Positions 20,963-30,997 of a stretch of 64,000 nucleotides of DNA are shown here, piece after piece; position 1 is the first letter of the stretch, and the number at the start of each line of letters is the position of its first letter. The notes beneath the pieces are model-generated. The model did not search any database. It had not been told where the DNA came from and saw nothing but the letters and a program-made list of their open reading frames with translations. The position numbers were made by a program, and so were the translations under genes. The stretch spans positions 558,001 to 622,000 of the forward strand of contig CDROCS010001360.1 of NCBI GenBank assembly GCA_977020255.1, written 5' to 3'. The DNA is from Obrimoposthia wandeli. Lineage: Eukaryota.

Positions 20963-21346
20963 ATGAAAATTGAATTTAGAAAAATACCTTTACAGGAGAC
21001 AGAATTTGAAATATCTTCAAATTCAGTTAAGTTTTTAGGTACTTTTAGTAAAATATCATCAAAACTTGCAAAAATTAATTCTAACTTATCTGGTAATTGT
21101 GATGTTGACTGCTGTAAATGCGGTATAACATTTGATGTTACTATAGATAGTAAGATTGACTTTTTGCTTAGTGATGGTATTTATTCTTCTGAAAATAATG
21201 ATGAAGAATTAGTAATTATCGAAGTTGACGAACATATTTTGGACTTCAATGAGGTATTACATAGTGAGTTAGAATCACTAAAATCAGAATATCACGTATG
21301 TGATAACTGTAAAATAAACGACGATTTAGTCGAAATAGAATATTAA
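20963..21346 (+). CDS. YceD/DUF177-like protein
   Basis: CCKC and CDNC Cys pairs; directly before rpmF. Confidence 0.75.
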   Translation: MKIEFRKIPLQETEFEISSNSVKFLGTFSKISSKLAKINSNLSGNCDVDCCKCGITFDVTIDSKIDFLLSDGIYSSENNDEELVIIEVDEHILDFNEVLHSELESLKSEYHVCDNCKINDDLVEIEY

Positions 21347-21355
21347 GGATAAGAA

Positions 21356-21508
21356 ATGGCAGTACCAAAGAGACGAGTTTCACACTCAAGAAGTGCAAAA
21401 AGAAGAACACACTACAAAATTACATTAAAAAGACCAATTAAAGATACAGACGGGACATGGAAAATGCCTCACAATGTAAACCCTACAACAGGCGAATATA
21501 AAGCATAA
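21356..21508 (+). CDS. rpmF: 50S ribosomal protein bL32 (Cys-free form)
   Basis: Not in the ORF track. Manual translation: [50 protein letters not shown]; the stop overlaps the plsX ATG. Confidence 0.96.
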   Translation: MAVPKRRVSHSRSAKRRTHYKITLKRPIKDTDGTWKMPHNVNPTTGEYKA

Positions 21509-22497
21509 TGCTTAAAATAGCTATAGATGCAATGGGTGGCGACAATGGTTGCGAGCCTATTGTAGAAGGTGTTATCTCAGCACTAAAAAAGAACAAATAT
21601 TTTACAGCTATTTTAGTTGGTAAAAAGGATGTACTTTTACCTTTAATTCCTCAGAAATTTGATAGTCGAATTATTATTCATCAAGCCGATGATGTAATAA
21701 GCATGAATGATAGTGCAACAGACGCCCTCAAACGAAAAGAAAGTACAGCATATCAAGCTATTGAACTTGTTAAAACAGGTGAAGCCGATGCATATGTAAG
21801 TGCTGGACATAGTGGTGCTTCAATGAGTTTGGCGACACTTAGAATCGGAAGAATTAAAGGTGTAAGTAGACCTGCAATTGCTACATTATTACCAACTGTC
21901 AATGGTAATACTTTAGTATTAGACGTTGGTGCAAATGTTGATTGTGATGCAAAAAACTTAAGAGAATTTGCAATCATGGGTCAAGTTTATGCAGAAGATG
22001 TTTTAGGTATAGAAAATCCAATGACAGGATTACTAAGTAATGGTGAAGAAGAATCTAAAGGAAATGAAGTAACAAAAGAAGCTTTTAAACTTTTAGAAAA
22101 TTTACCAAACTTTGTTGGAAATGTTGAAGGAAATGATATTTTCAATGGAAGTGTTGATGTTGTTACCTGTGATGGTTTTATTGGAAACATCATGTTAAAA
22201 ACAGCGGAAGGTGTTGCTGATACAATTGGTAAAATCATTAAAGACAATCTACGAAGATCATTAGTTTCTATAACTGGTGCAGTACTTATGCGAAAAGTAT
22301 TTAAAAACTTAAAATTAAAAGTTGATTATGCAGAATATGGTGGAGCTCCCCTTATTGGAGTAAAAGCCCCTGTAATAATTGCACATGGAAAATCAAATGC
22401 TAAAGCTATTCAAAATGCTATTTTTCAGGCAATTGCTGCAGCTGATTCAAATTTGAATCAGGATATAGAAGATAAATTAAAACAATTTAAGGACTAA
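21508..22497 (+). CDS. plsX: Phosphate acyltransferase PlsX
   Basis: [36 protein letters not shown]. Confidence 0.97.
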   Translation: MLKIAIDAMGGDNGCEPIVEGVISALKKNKYFTAILVGKKDVLLPLIPQKFDSRIIIHQADDVISMNDSATDALKRKESTAYQAIELVKTGEADAYVSAGHSGASMSLATLRIGRIKGVSRPAIATLLPTVNGNTLVLDVGANVDCDAKNLREFAIMGQVYAEDVLGIENPMTGLLSNGEEESKGNEVTKEAFKLLENLPNFVGNVEGNDIFNGSVDVVTCDGFIGNIMLKTAEGVADTIGKIIKDNLRRSLVSITGAVLMRKVFKNLKLKVDYAEYGGAPLIGVKAPVIIAHGKSNAKAIQNAIFQAIAAADSNLNQDIEDKLKQFKD

Positions 22498-22500
22498 AAT

Positions 22501-23460
22501 ATGTATGCTTCATTTAAATCTATAGGTGCCTATAAACCATCTACTGTTCGAACAAATAAATGGTTTGAAGATAAAATCGATACAACTGATGAATGGATTT
22601 TTAAAAGAACGGGAATTAGAGAAAGACTAGTTGCTGATGAAAATGAAAATACAAGTGATTTAGGTGCAAAAGCCTCTGAAGTTGCAATTGAGAGAGCTGG
22701 TATTACTGCAAGTGATATCGACTTAGTAATTTGTGCTACGTTAAGTCCTGATTTTAGTGCTATGCCTTCAACAGCTTGTTTGATTTCTGAAAAACTTGGA
22801 ATTAAAGATGTTATGGCATTTGATATTAGTGCTGCATGTACAGGTTTTGTATATGCACTTAGTGTTGCTAAAGCATTTATCGAGTCAGGTATGAAAAAAA
22901 ATGTTTTAATTGTTGGTGCAGAAAAAGCTAGTAATGTCATGGATTATACAGATAGAAATATTTGTATGCTATTTGGAGATGGTGCAGGTGCTGCAATCAT
23001 TTCAACAACAGAAGATAAAGAAAAATCTATTATTGATGTACAATGTAGTGCAGATGGTAATTTAAAAGAAATTTTATATATTCCAGGTGTTGGAAGTCCA
23101 GATGAGAAATTTATGCATATGAAAGGGAACGAAACTTTCAAAATTGCTGTTAAAACACTTACTTCTGATGTAGAAAAAATTATGGCAAAAAATAATTATG
23201 TTAATGAAGATATAGATTTATTTATTCCTCATCAAGCAAACATTAGAATTATAAAAGCTGTTGGAAAAGCATTAAAGTTAACAGATAGTCAAAAAGTATT
23301 AACTGTTGAAAAATATGGTAATACATCAGCTGCATCTATTCCTATGGCAATGAATGACTGTTTTGAAGATGGAAGACTAACAAATGGTAAAACAATGCTA
23401 TTGGATGCATTTGGTGGTGGGGCAACATGGGGTTCTGCTATCGTAAAATTCAATGGATAG
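22501..23460 (+). CDS. fabH: 3-oxoacyl-ACP synthase III
   Basis: AACTGF (Cys), PHQAN (His), YGNTSAAS (Asn), FGGGATWG. Confidence 0.97.
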   Translation: MYASFKSIGAYKPSTVRTNKWFEDKIDTTDEWIFKRTGIRERLVADENENTSDLGAKASEVAIERAGITASDIDLVICATLSPDFSAMPSTACLISEKLGIKDVMAFDISAACTGFVYALSVAKAFIESGMKKNVLIVGAEKASNVMDYTDRNICMLFGDGAGAAIISTTEDKEKSIIDVQCSADGNLKEILYIPGVGSPDEKFMHMKGNETFKIAVKTLTSDVEKIMAKNNYVNEDIDLFIPHQANIRIIKAVGKALKLTDSQKVLTVEKYGNTSAASIPMAMNDCFEDGRLTNGKTMLLDAFGGGATWGSAIVKFNG

Positions 23461-23477
23461 CGAATAGCTAACCCACA

Positions 23478-23553
23478 CAACACCAGCCAAACTTACCGTG
23501 AGGTAAGGACGGAAAGCTACAGGTCTTAATAATAAGATGGCTGAGTTGCGTTA
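23478..23553 (+). ncRNA. Cyclic di-GMP-I (GEMM) riboswitch aptamer
   Basis: G-CC-AAAC-TTACC-GTGA-GGTAA-GGAC-GG-AAAG-CT-A-CAG-GTCTTA-ATAA-TAAGAT-GG-CTG-AG-TTGC aligns to the V. cholerae Vc2 aptamer with G20, C44, A47, G83 and C92 equivalents retained and compensatory pairs in P2 and P3. Confidence 0.92.
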
Positions 23554-23610
23554 AAACAAAACTACAGACTCTTATATTTGGATTATTAAATAAATATATA
23601 AGGTTGCATT

Positions 23611-23850
23611 ATGGCAAAACAACAAGAAAAAAAATCAAATTTTTTAACAATAATAATACTCACAGTAATTGTAGGTGCGGCTGCGTATTTCTATATTAAT
23701 GAACCAGCTGGTAAAGATAAATATAAAGTTAGAACTGCAGGTGGAGAAAGTGGATTTAAAGCTTCATTCATAAACATATCAGGTCAAGATGCAAAAGATA
23801 AAAAGATTGGTTTATCTGATGATTATTGGGAAGGTGGAAAGTTCAAATAG
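23611..23850 (+). CDS. Small single-pass membrane protein of unknown function, downstream of the riboswitch
   Basis: 79 aa; AAGG RBS; basic N-terminus, TM FLTIIILTVIVGAAAYFYI, soluble tail. Confidence 0.8.
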   Translation: MAKQQEKKSNFLTIIILTVIVGAAAYFYINEPAGKDKYKVRTAGGESGFKASFINISGQDAKDKKIGLSDDYWEGGKFK

Positions 23851-23879
23851 AAATATATATCTATTTGATCTAAAGGAAA

Positions 23880-24488
23880 TTAATTTCCTCTACTTCCTGG
23901 TTTATATGCTTCTGAACCGTCTTTACATAAAGGACAGTTGTCTGGTGAATACATTTCAAAAGTAAAATCTTCTAATGCAAATAATGGTTTATCTAATGGT
24001 AATTTACAATTATCTTTTTGATCTAAATCACTTCCAACTCTTGAACAAAAACCTCTATTAGCTAATGCCGCGTAAGCGACAATGTTACCACCATCAGCTT
24101 CTACTTGTTTAGCAGCTTCTAAAGCTGATCCACCAGTAGTTATGATATCTTCACAAATAACATAGTTTTCGCCCTGAGCTACTTCAAAACCTCTTCTAAT
24201 AGTCATGTCTCCATCAACTCTTTCTGCAAAAATAAATCTAACATCTAAAGCTGTTGCCAATGCAAATCCTGCAATTAACCCACCTAAAGCAGGTGAACAT
24301 ACAGCATCCACTTTTATACCAGATTCTTTAATTTGTACCGCTAAAGCTTCTGCTAGTTGTTTTGCTACTTTTGGATCTTCTAATACCTTTGCACTTTGTA
24401 AATAGTATTTAGAATGATTACCGCTACTAAGTTTAAAATGACCTTCTAATAATGCACTTGAATCTTTATAAATTTGTTCTACATTCAT
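23880..24488 (-). CDS. pyrE: Orotate phosphoribosyltransferase
   Basis: [27 protein letters not shown] loop. Confidence 0.96.
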   Translation of the reverse strand: MNVEQIYKDSSALLEGHFKLSSGNHSKYYLQSAKVLEDPKVAKQLAEALAVQIKESGIKVDAVCSPALGGLIAGFALATALDVRFIFAERVDGDMTIRRGFEVAQGENYVICEDIITTGGSALEAAKQVEADGGNIVAYAALANRGFCSRVGSDLDQKDNCKLPLDKPLFALEDFTFEMYSPDNCPLCKDGSEAYKPGSRGN

Positions 24489-24490
24489 AA

Positions 24491-25048
24491 CTATATCTTC
24501 ATTACTTCAATTTCTTTTGCTTTGTAAAGTGCATCAGCTTTTACACCGTAAGAATCAGTTACTTTTTGAATTTCATCTAATGCTTTTTTAGATTCATCTT
24601 CTGTAATTTCTTTATCTTTTAAAAGTTTTTTAATTTTATCATTAGCTGATTTTCTAATATTTCTAATAGCTACTTTTGAGTTATCAGTCATAACTTTTGC
24701 ACCTTTAACACTTTCTTTTCTTTGATCCTGTGTCATTGGTGGAAAAAATAATTGAACTGCTTCTCCATTATTATTTGGATTAACACCAATATTTGCAGAG
24801 CTAATTGCTTTTTCAATTTCTCCTACTAAATGTTTTTCCCAAGGTGTAATATTGATCGTAGTCGCATCAGGTACTAAAATTGAAGCAACTTGGCTTAATG
24901 CAGTTTGCGTTCCATAATAATCAATAGTAATATTATCCAAAATACTTGGTTGCACCTTACCAGTTCTTAATGTCATGTAGTCTCTTCTTAAAGCCTCTAA
25001 TGCTTTGTCCATATTCGCGATTGTCTCTTCGTAGTTTTCTTTTATCAT
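24491..25048 (-). CDS. frr: Ribosome recycling factor
   Basis: [31 protein letters not shown]. Confidence 0.97.
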   Translation of the reverse strand: MIKENYEETIANMDKALEALRRDYMTLRTGKVQPSILDNITIDYYGTQTALSQVASILVPDATTINITPWEKHLVGEIEKAISSANIGVNPNNNGEAVQLFFPPMTQDQRKESVKGAKVMTDNSKVAIRNIRKSANDKIKKLLKDKEITEDESKKALDEIQKVTDSYGVKADALYKAKEIEVMKI

Positions 25049-25049
25049 G

Positions 25050-26015
25050 TTATTTCCCCTTTTTTATTTTAATTTTATTTATAATATTGTTTGAAATTGT
25101 AAAAACATTTGGTCCAATCATTACACGTGTTCTAGATCTTTTTAAATATGTATTTAATTTTAAATCAACGATACCATTAACAACTTTAACGTCTCTCCAT
25201 CCCTCATTTGTAATGTAGAGTTTAAGCTTTTTATATTTTTTATCAACTTTAACGTGGATTCTTTTGAGTATACCATCTTTTGGAAAAACTTTTGGTTCAA
25301 TCCAGTGTGCCTCAAATGTTTTATATCGTAATTTGTGATTAATATTTACATCACCAACTAAAGCTATTCTAGGTATATCAAAGATATCAGTTTTAGAATT
25401 TACTGATCCAGTACTTTGATTTAATAGAGATCGGAACGAAAAATTATCTTTTAAAATATTTTTAGTTTTCTCATTATATTCACCATATGGATAAACATAT
25501 GTTGTAGCTGTAATATTAGTGTGTTTTTTTAAAATATTAAGGGCATTTGATGTATCACTTATAAGCTCTTGTTTTGATAAGTTTTGCACTCTTTTATGTG
25601 AATATGAATGTAATCCAATTTCTCCATATTTTGATGATTCTTTAATTTGTTTCCAAGTCATAAAATCGCCATAGTGTTTTTCTGTAGCTTCTACGTAAAC
25701 ATATAAACTAAAAGGATAATTGTATTTTTTAAAAATTTCTAATCCATGTTCATAAAAACTTTTATATGCATCATCAATAGTTAATGCAATCCATTTATTT
25801 GGGATTTCTTCTTTTTTTTCTAATTTATCTAAGATTTTAGACAAGGGAACTACTTGATAATTATTTTCTTTAAAATAATCAAATTGCTTAGTTAATTCTT
25901 TGATTGTTGTATTTGCACTCGGATATCTGTCATCAGCAAACCTATGATAAACAAATATATGAGCATTAGCAAATATATAAGATGTAGAAATTAATAATAG
26001 AAATAAGTATTTCAT
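25050..26015 (-). CDS. Polysaccharide deacetylase (NodB/CE4), secreted
   Basis: Signal peptide; LTIDDAY, LHSYSH, YPYG motifs. Confidence 0.9.
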   Translation of the reverse strand: MKYLFLLLISTSYIFANAHIFVYHRFADDRYPSANTTIKELTKQFDYFKENNYQVVPLSKILDKLEKKEEIPNKWIALTIDDAYKSFYEHGLEIFKKYNYPFSLYVYVEATEKHYGDFMTWKQIKESSKYGEIGLHSYSHKRVQNLSKQELISDTSNALNILKKHTNITATTYVYPYGEYNEKTKNILKDNFSFRSLLNQSTGSVNSKTDIFDIPRIALVGDVNINHKLRYKTFEAHWIEPKVFPKDGILKRIHVKVDKKYKKLKLYITNEGWRDVKVVNGIVDLKLNTYLKRSRTRVMIGPNVFTISNNIINKIKIKKGK

Positions 26016-26028
26016 TTCTATTAATTAA

Positions 26029-26358
26029 TTATTTAGAAGGTGCCGAAGGAGCACTATTAACAGGTGTTGCTGTAATTGGTGCATTAGGAATTAATGAATT
26101 AATCTCAACATTATCTACCACACTTCTAGAGTTCTCTTGATTATATAAATAACCTAAATATAAAGTATTTAAAACAATAAGTAGTCCTAGTCCAAATGTT
26201 AATTTAGTTAAAAAATTAGCAGGGCCTTTTGCTCCAAACATAGATTCATTACTTCCACTGTATGCTCCAAGTCCCATGCTTGAACTCTTCTGTAATAAAA
26301 TTGCAATTGTAATTAAAATTGCTAAAATAAATTGTACTATTAATAACGATGATGTCAT
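26029..26358 (-). CDS. secG: Preprotein translocase subunit SecG
   Basis: ILLQKSSSMGLGAYSGS...MFGAKGPANFL, two TMs. Confidence 0.95.
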   Translation of the reverse strand: MTSSLLIVQFILAILITIAILLQKSSSMGLGAYSGSNESMFGAKGPANFLTKLTFGLGLLIVLNTLYLGYLYNQENSRSVVDNVEINSLIPNAPITATPVNSAPSAPSK

Positions 26359-26502
26359 ATTAATCCTTAAGCTTAAAATAATCGGAATTATACCTAACTA
26401 TCTATTAAATTTAAGTTATTTAATAGATTACCTTAATAAAATGAGAACAAAATTTTGAATTATAAATAAAATTGTTGTATAATAAATGAAAAGGAGATAA
26501 TA

Positions 26503-27003
26503 ATGGATGTAATCACAGATCAATTTGATAATATATCAATGACTCAATTACAAGCAAAATTATCTTCAAAATTTGCAGAACTGAATAAATTAGAAAAAAA
26601 AGATGAATTAGCTGCTATTCGTGTAAAAGATTATATTGAAGTAAGTCCTTCTGATAAAAATACTGATAACCTTGATTTTGAACGAGTGTTAACAAAATTT
26701 AAAAATAAAGATGCTGAAATACGAACTCATGAGCAAGCACATGCGAGTATTGGACATACTACTTCGCCTATTTCGTATAATTACCAAACAGGCCCAGATG
26801 GTAAAATGTATGCTGTCGGTGGAAGTGTAAGGTTGGATACTTCAATTCCTGATGATCCTAAAGCAGCTGCATTTAAACTTGATATGTTACAAAGAGCTGC
26901 TTCTGCTCCTACTAATTTAAGTGGAGCAGATGGAACTATTGCAACACAATCTAATTTAAATAAAATTTTACTTGAAATACAAGGAGATAAAAATGGAAGT
27001 TAA
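26503..27003 (+). CDS. SprA-related family protein (putative metalloprotease motif)
   Basis: DAEIRTHEQAH (HExxH), YQTGPDGKMYAVGGSV, AASAPTNLSGAD. Confidence 0.85.
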   Translation: MDVITDQFDNISMTQLQAKLSSKFAELNKLEKKDELAAIRVKDYIEVSPSDKNTDNLDFERVLTKFKNKDAEIRTHEQAHASIGHTTSPISYNYQTGPDGKMYAVGGSVRLDTSIPDDPKAAAFKLDMLQRAASAPTNLSGADGTIATQSNLNKILLEIQGDKNGS

Positions 27004-27250
27004 TAATAATTTAAATTCAATGTATCAGCTTGAAGAAAAATTAAATAAAAGTGCTGATAATATTAGTAAGTTAAATGCAACAGATAATGATGTTAAACAT
27101 AATGATGCAAAAAATTTAGTAGATCCTAATATAAATCTAGCTGAAGAAATGGTGAATCAAATAACAATTCCAATTGCATATACCGCAAATGCTGAAGTTA
27201 TATCTACGCAAGCTTCTATGGCTAGAACTGTGTTAGATATAAAAGCATAA
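26993..27250 (+). CDS. Mini flagellar rod/hook-like protein (Flg_bbr_C domain)
   Basis: Preferred ATG at 26993 behind AGGAG (the track uses TTG 26972); C-term INLAEEMVNQI...YTANAEVIST..SMARTVLDIKA resembles the rod/hook C-terminus. Confidence 0.75.
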   Translation: MEVNNNLNSMYQLEEKLNKSADNISKLNATDNDVKHNDAKNLVDPNINLAEEMVNQITIPIAYTANAEVISTQASMARTVLDIKA

Positions 27251-27277
27251 ATTTTAGGGATAAAACTACAAGTAAAT

Positions 27278-28105
27278 ATGATAATAATTGACAATATAAT
27301 AGAATTAAAAAATGTATTAAAAAAAGAAGGTTCAGAAATTGGGTTTGTTCCAACAATGGGTTCTTTACATGATGGACACATCTCTTTAATTAAAAGAGCA
27401 AGAGCTGAAAATAAGATCGTAGTTGTCTCTATTTTTGTAAATCCAACTCAATTTTTAGTGGGAGAAGATTTGTCTAAATATCCGAGAAAAGATGATGCGG
27501 ATAAAAAGATTTGTGAACTATGTGAAATAGATTATTTATTTATGCCAAATATTAATACTATGTATAAACAAGATGAAGTGTCAGTAAAAGCTCCAAATTT
27601 AAATAGTTATATTTTGGAAGGTGAAAGAAGACCTGGTCACTTTGATGGTGTTCTTCAAATTGTACTAAAATTACTAAATATCGTTAATCCTACAAATGCA
27701 TATTTTGGTAAAAAAGATGCACAGCAGTTATCTTTAATTGAGCAAATGGTTCAAAATTTGTATTTAGATGTAAATATAGTTGCCTGTGATATTGTACGTG
27801 AGACAGATGGTTTAGCATACAGTAGTAGAAATATTTATTTATCAAAAGAAGAAAGAGAGATATCGCTAAAAATTTCACAATCTGTTAACTTTGCTGCTAA
27901 AATGATTGGTAAAAATGAACTCAATGTAAATAAAATTATTGAACAAATGAAAATTATTTTAGAATCAGAAATGATTACAATTGAATATATCAATATAACA
28001 AATAGACAGTTTCAGAATATTGAGACAGTTGAGCTTAAAAATAGTATAGTATTAGTTGCTGTAAAAATAGGTACTACGCGACTTATTGACAATATTTGGG
28101 TTTAA
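27278..28105 (+). CDS. panC: Pantoate-beta-alanine ligase
   Basis: GFVPTMGSLHDGH, FVNPTQF, RPGHFDGV, FGKKDAQQ, LAYSSRN, RLIDN. Confidence 0.97.
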   Translation: MIIIDNIIELKNVLKKEGSEIGFVPTMGSLHDGHISLIKRARAENKIVVVSIFVNPTQFLVGEDLSKYPRKDDADKKICELCEIDYLFMPNINTMYKQDEVSVKAPNLNSYILEGERRPGHFDGVLQIVLKLLNIVNPTNAYFGKKDAQQLSLIEQMVQNLYLDVNIVACDIVRETDGLAYSSRNIYLSKEEREISLKISQSVNFAAKMIGKNELNVNKIIEQMKIILESEMITIEYINITNRQFQNIETVELKNSIVLVAVKIGTTRLIDNIWV

Positions 28106-28169
28106 TTATTGTGTTAGAAAATTGTAGATACAATTATTTAAGAAACAGATACATATTGAAGGGAAAATT

Positions 28170-28496
28170 ATGAAATCAAAATACCTAGTATTATTATGTA
28201 CCGTATTTTTTACTTTTGCTAATGCAGAAGATAAAAAAGTAGATTGTTTAATACTTGAGGATGAAAACTCGATAATTTGTAAATATTCTCATGAAAGAAC
28301 TTCATCAGAAAAAACTATTACAGTTAAATGGATTGAACCAAATGGAGAAGAAACAAGAACAAGAGATATGATTATTCCATCTTTTCATGGTTCTATATAT
28401 GATTATAGGTATGTAGAAGGTAGAACAAAAGGTAAGTGGACTTTTTCTGTTATTGATGGTGAGGATGAATATACAACTTCATTTATTATAAAATAA
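28170..28496 (+). CDS. Secreted hypothetical protein (beta-rich, Ig-like pattern)
   Basis: Signal peptide ending ANA; W-x-x-P-x-G and GKWTFSV patterns. Confidence 0.7.
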   Translation: MKSKYLVLLCTVFFTFANAEDKKVDCLILEDENSIICKYSHERTSSEKTITVKWIEPNGEETRTRDMIIPSFHGSIYDYRYVEGRTKGKWTFSVIDGEDEYTTSFIIK

Positions 28497-29705
28497 TTGA
28501 TGAATAAGAAAACAAAAATTGCTATTATTGGAGCAGGTGCTTCAGGATTATTATCTTCCATACTATTATCTTCAAAAGATTTTGAAGTAACCATATTTGA
28601 AAAAAGTAACAAGGTTGGAAAAAAATTACTGGCTACTGGTAATGGTAGATGTAATATTACAAATCAAAATATTAATCTCTCGAATTTCTATACAAACTCG
28701 GATATTTCACTTATCAAAAATCAAATAGAAGAATTTAGTTATGAGTATTGCAAAGAGTTATTTAATAAAATGGGAATAGAGTTTAAAAAAGGTCAAAACA
28801 CTCGTATGTATCCTTTATCTCTAAGCTCATCGTCAGTTGTGGATATTTTAGAATATGAAGCATTGCAAGCTGGTGTAAAAATAGAATTAAATAGTGAAAT
28901 TGTAGATGTAAGATATGAAAAAAATCAATTTGTTTTAAATAATGTAAAACGATTTGATAAGTTAATAATTGCAACAGGAAGTATAGCAATGCCTAAATTA
29001 GGAAGTAGTGAAAGTGGATACCATTTTGCAAAAAAATTTAAACATAAAATTATAGCTCCTTTCCCTTCTCTTGTACAACTTGTAAGTGATAATAAAAATT
29101 TAGATGTTGTAAGTGGCGTTAAAATTGAAGCTGTCATTGATAATAAAAGAGGAGACTTTTTATTTACTAAATACGGAGTGTCTGGTTCTTTAATATTAGA
29201 TATAAGTAGAAGAATATCCAAGGGACTCCAGTCACAAAAAAGTGTTAAAATTGTTGTCGATACTATGCCAGATTTTTCATACGAAGAATTAACTGATTTA
29301 TTAACTAAAAGAGTGAATAGATTAAAAGAGAAAGAACTCAATTTATGGTTAGATGGAATCATGAATAAAAAACTTGCAAAGTTTATTATATTAAATTCCA
29401 ATATACCCTCACATATTAAGTATGCAAAATTCTTATCTCAACAAGAGATTAGTAAAATTGTGAAAACAATTAAAAGTTTAGAATTTAATATTATCGATAC
29501 TAAAGGTTTTGAAAGCTGTGAAGTGTGTGCTGGTGGCGTGCAATTATCAGAAATAAACTTAGAAAATATGGAATCAAAATATCAAAAGAATCTATTTTTT
29601 ATTGGTGAAGTTCTTGATGTTGATGGTGACTGTGGAGGATATAATCTTCATTGGTCATGGAGTAGTGCTCATACGGTTGCTCAAAATATGAAAAAAGCTT
29701 TATAA
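28497..29705 (+). CDS. HI0933/YhiN family flavoprotein
   Basis: GAGASG, KLLATGNGRCNITN, GEVLDVDGDCGGYNLHWSWSS; alternative ATG at 28500. Confidence 0.92.
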   Translation: MMNKKTKIAIIGAGASGLLSSILLSSKDFEVTIFEKSNKVGKKLLATGNGRCNITNQNINLSNFYTNSDISLIKNQIEEFSYEYCKELFNKMGIEFKKGQNTRMYPLSLSSSSVVDILEYEALQAGVKIELNSEIVDVRYEKNQFVLNNVKRFDKLIIATGSIAMPKLGSSESGYHFAKKFKHKIIAPFPSLVQLVSDNKNLDVVSGVKIEAVIDNKRGDFLFTKYGVSGSLILDISRRISKGLQSQKSVKIVVDTMPDFSYEELTDLLTKRVNRLKEKELNLWLDGIMNKKLAKFIILNSNIPSHIKYAKFLSQQEISKIVKTIKSLEFNIIDTKGFESCEVCAGGVQLSEINLENMESKYQKNLFFIGEVLDVDGDCGGYNLHWSWSSAHTVAQNMKKAL

Positions 29706-29715
29706 CTATAAAGCT

Positions 29716-30423
29716 TTATTTAATTGCTACAAAAGTAGCAAAGTTAATCCATTTAAAAATACAATCAAAATTTTTAAAACCAGCATCTAAAATCATTTTT
29801 TGATTTTCCTCATAGCTGTAAGGAATTAGCACATTTTCTAGTGCTTCTCTTTTTTGAGATATTTCAAATTCACTATAACCTTGAGTTTTTTTAAAATCAT
29901 AATATTCATCAATATATTGTTTATTTAGTATTTTATTATCAGTAATTACTTTTTCACTAAAAATAAATATACATCCAGGTTCTAAAGAATTGTAAATTTT
30001 TTTAATAAGTTTTTCTCGTTGCATTGGTCTGATAAATTGAAGTGTGTAATTGGAAATAATAACATTAGATTTTTTGAAATCTACATTAAAAATATCATCT
30101 TCAATAAATTCAATATTAATTCCATATGCATTTGCTTTATGTTTTGCTCTATTTAACATAGCATCAGAAGTATCAATACCTACAAGTTCTAACTTATTAT
30201 TAGAATTTTTTGCAATATTTATTAGTGTGGTTGCCGTAGAACACCCTAAATCATAAATCACACTATTTTCGCTGACATATTTTAAAGCAAAAGAAGTTGT
30301 GAGATTTAACATATCCTCATAATGTGGAACAGAACGTGATAACATGTCATCAAATACTGATGCTACATCCTCGTCAAATTCAAATTGTTTTTTAATTGGT
30401 TTTTCAAATATATTATCTTTCAT
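29716..30423 (-). CDS. cmoA: Carboxy-S-adenosyl-L-methionine synthase
   Basis: [45 protein letters not shown]. Confidence 0.95.
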   Translation of the reverse strand: MKDNIFEKPIKKQFEFDEDVASVFDDMLSRSVPHYEDMLNLTTSFALKYVSENSVIYDLGCSTATTLINIAKNSNNKLELVGIDTSDAMLNRAKHKANAYGINIEFIEDDIFNVDFKKSNVIISNYTLQFIRPMQREKLIKKIYNSLEPGCIFIFSEKVITDNKILNKQYIDEYYDFKKTQGYSEFEISQKREALENVLIPYSYEENQKMILDAGFKNFDCIFKWINFATFVAIK

Positions 30424-30472
30424 TAAAAGTATTGTATAATAATATATATTTCAAAGTATTTAAAGGGAAGTA

Positions 30473-30976
30473 ATGTCTTTTATGGATAGATTGATTAAAA
30501 AGGTTGAGTATTTAGCTCCAAGATTAAAAAAAAGAACTTTTGATCCGGAAGCAATGTCGATAGAAGATATCTCTTTACCTAATTCTTTGATGCAATTAGA
30601 TATATCCGATATTACAAAAATGATTGAAGAAGAAGTTTCTACTTTTAAGTCATTAGATTATAAAAATAAAACTCTAGATCAATTGAAAATAAATGAATAC
30701 CATTCTTATCAAATAGGGATAATGTTAAGATACATCAAAGAAGAAAGAGTATTTTTAATTCCTAAAATAGTTGAATTGATCCCAAATTTTATTATGGGTG
30801 CAACAAGGAGTCAATTACATATAAAAGTATTCGATATTGTATATCGATATGATTTAGCTGTAAACAAAGGCATGAGTATTATTCAATTAGAAAAAGAGAT
30901 AAAGTGGACACCAAGAGAAGCAGCATATTTGCTTCGTTATTTAGATATGGAAGATAGAACGATTACTGGAAAGTAA
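30473..30976 (+). CDS. Hypothetical protein
   Basis: 167-aa ORF with AAGGGA RBS; no recognisable motif. Confidence 0.7.
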   Translation: MSFMDRLIKKVEYLAPRLKKRTFDPEAMSIEDISLPNSLMQLDISDITKMIEEEVSTFKSLDYKNKTLDQLKINEYHSYQIGIMLRYIKEERVFLIPKIVELIPNFIMGATRSQLHIKVFDIVYRYDLAVNKGMSIIQLEKEIKWTPREAAYLLRYLDMEDRTITGK

Positions 30977-30997
30977 TATATAAAAAAGGAAAAAAAT

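Noticed and set aside
23478-23553. 3',3'-cGAMP (GEMM-Ib) riboswitch variant
   Set aside because: The position-20 equivalent is G (23486), not A.
23611-23850. Type IV pilin identity for the small ORF
   Set aside because: No G|F cleavage site and no Glu at +5.
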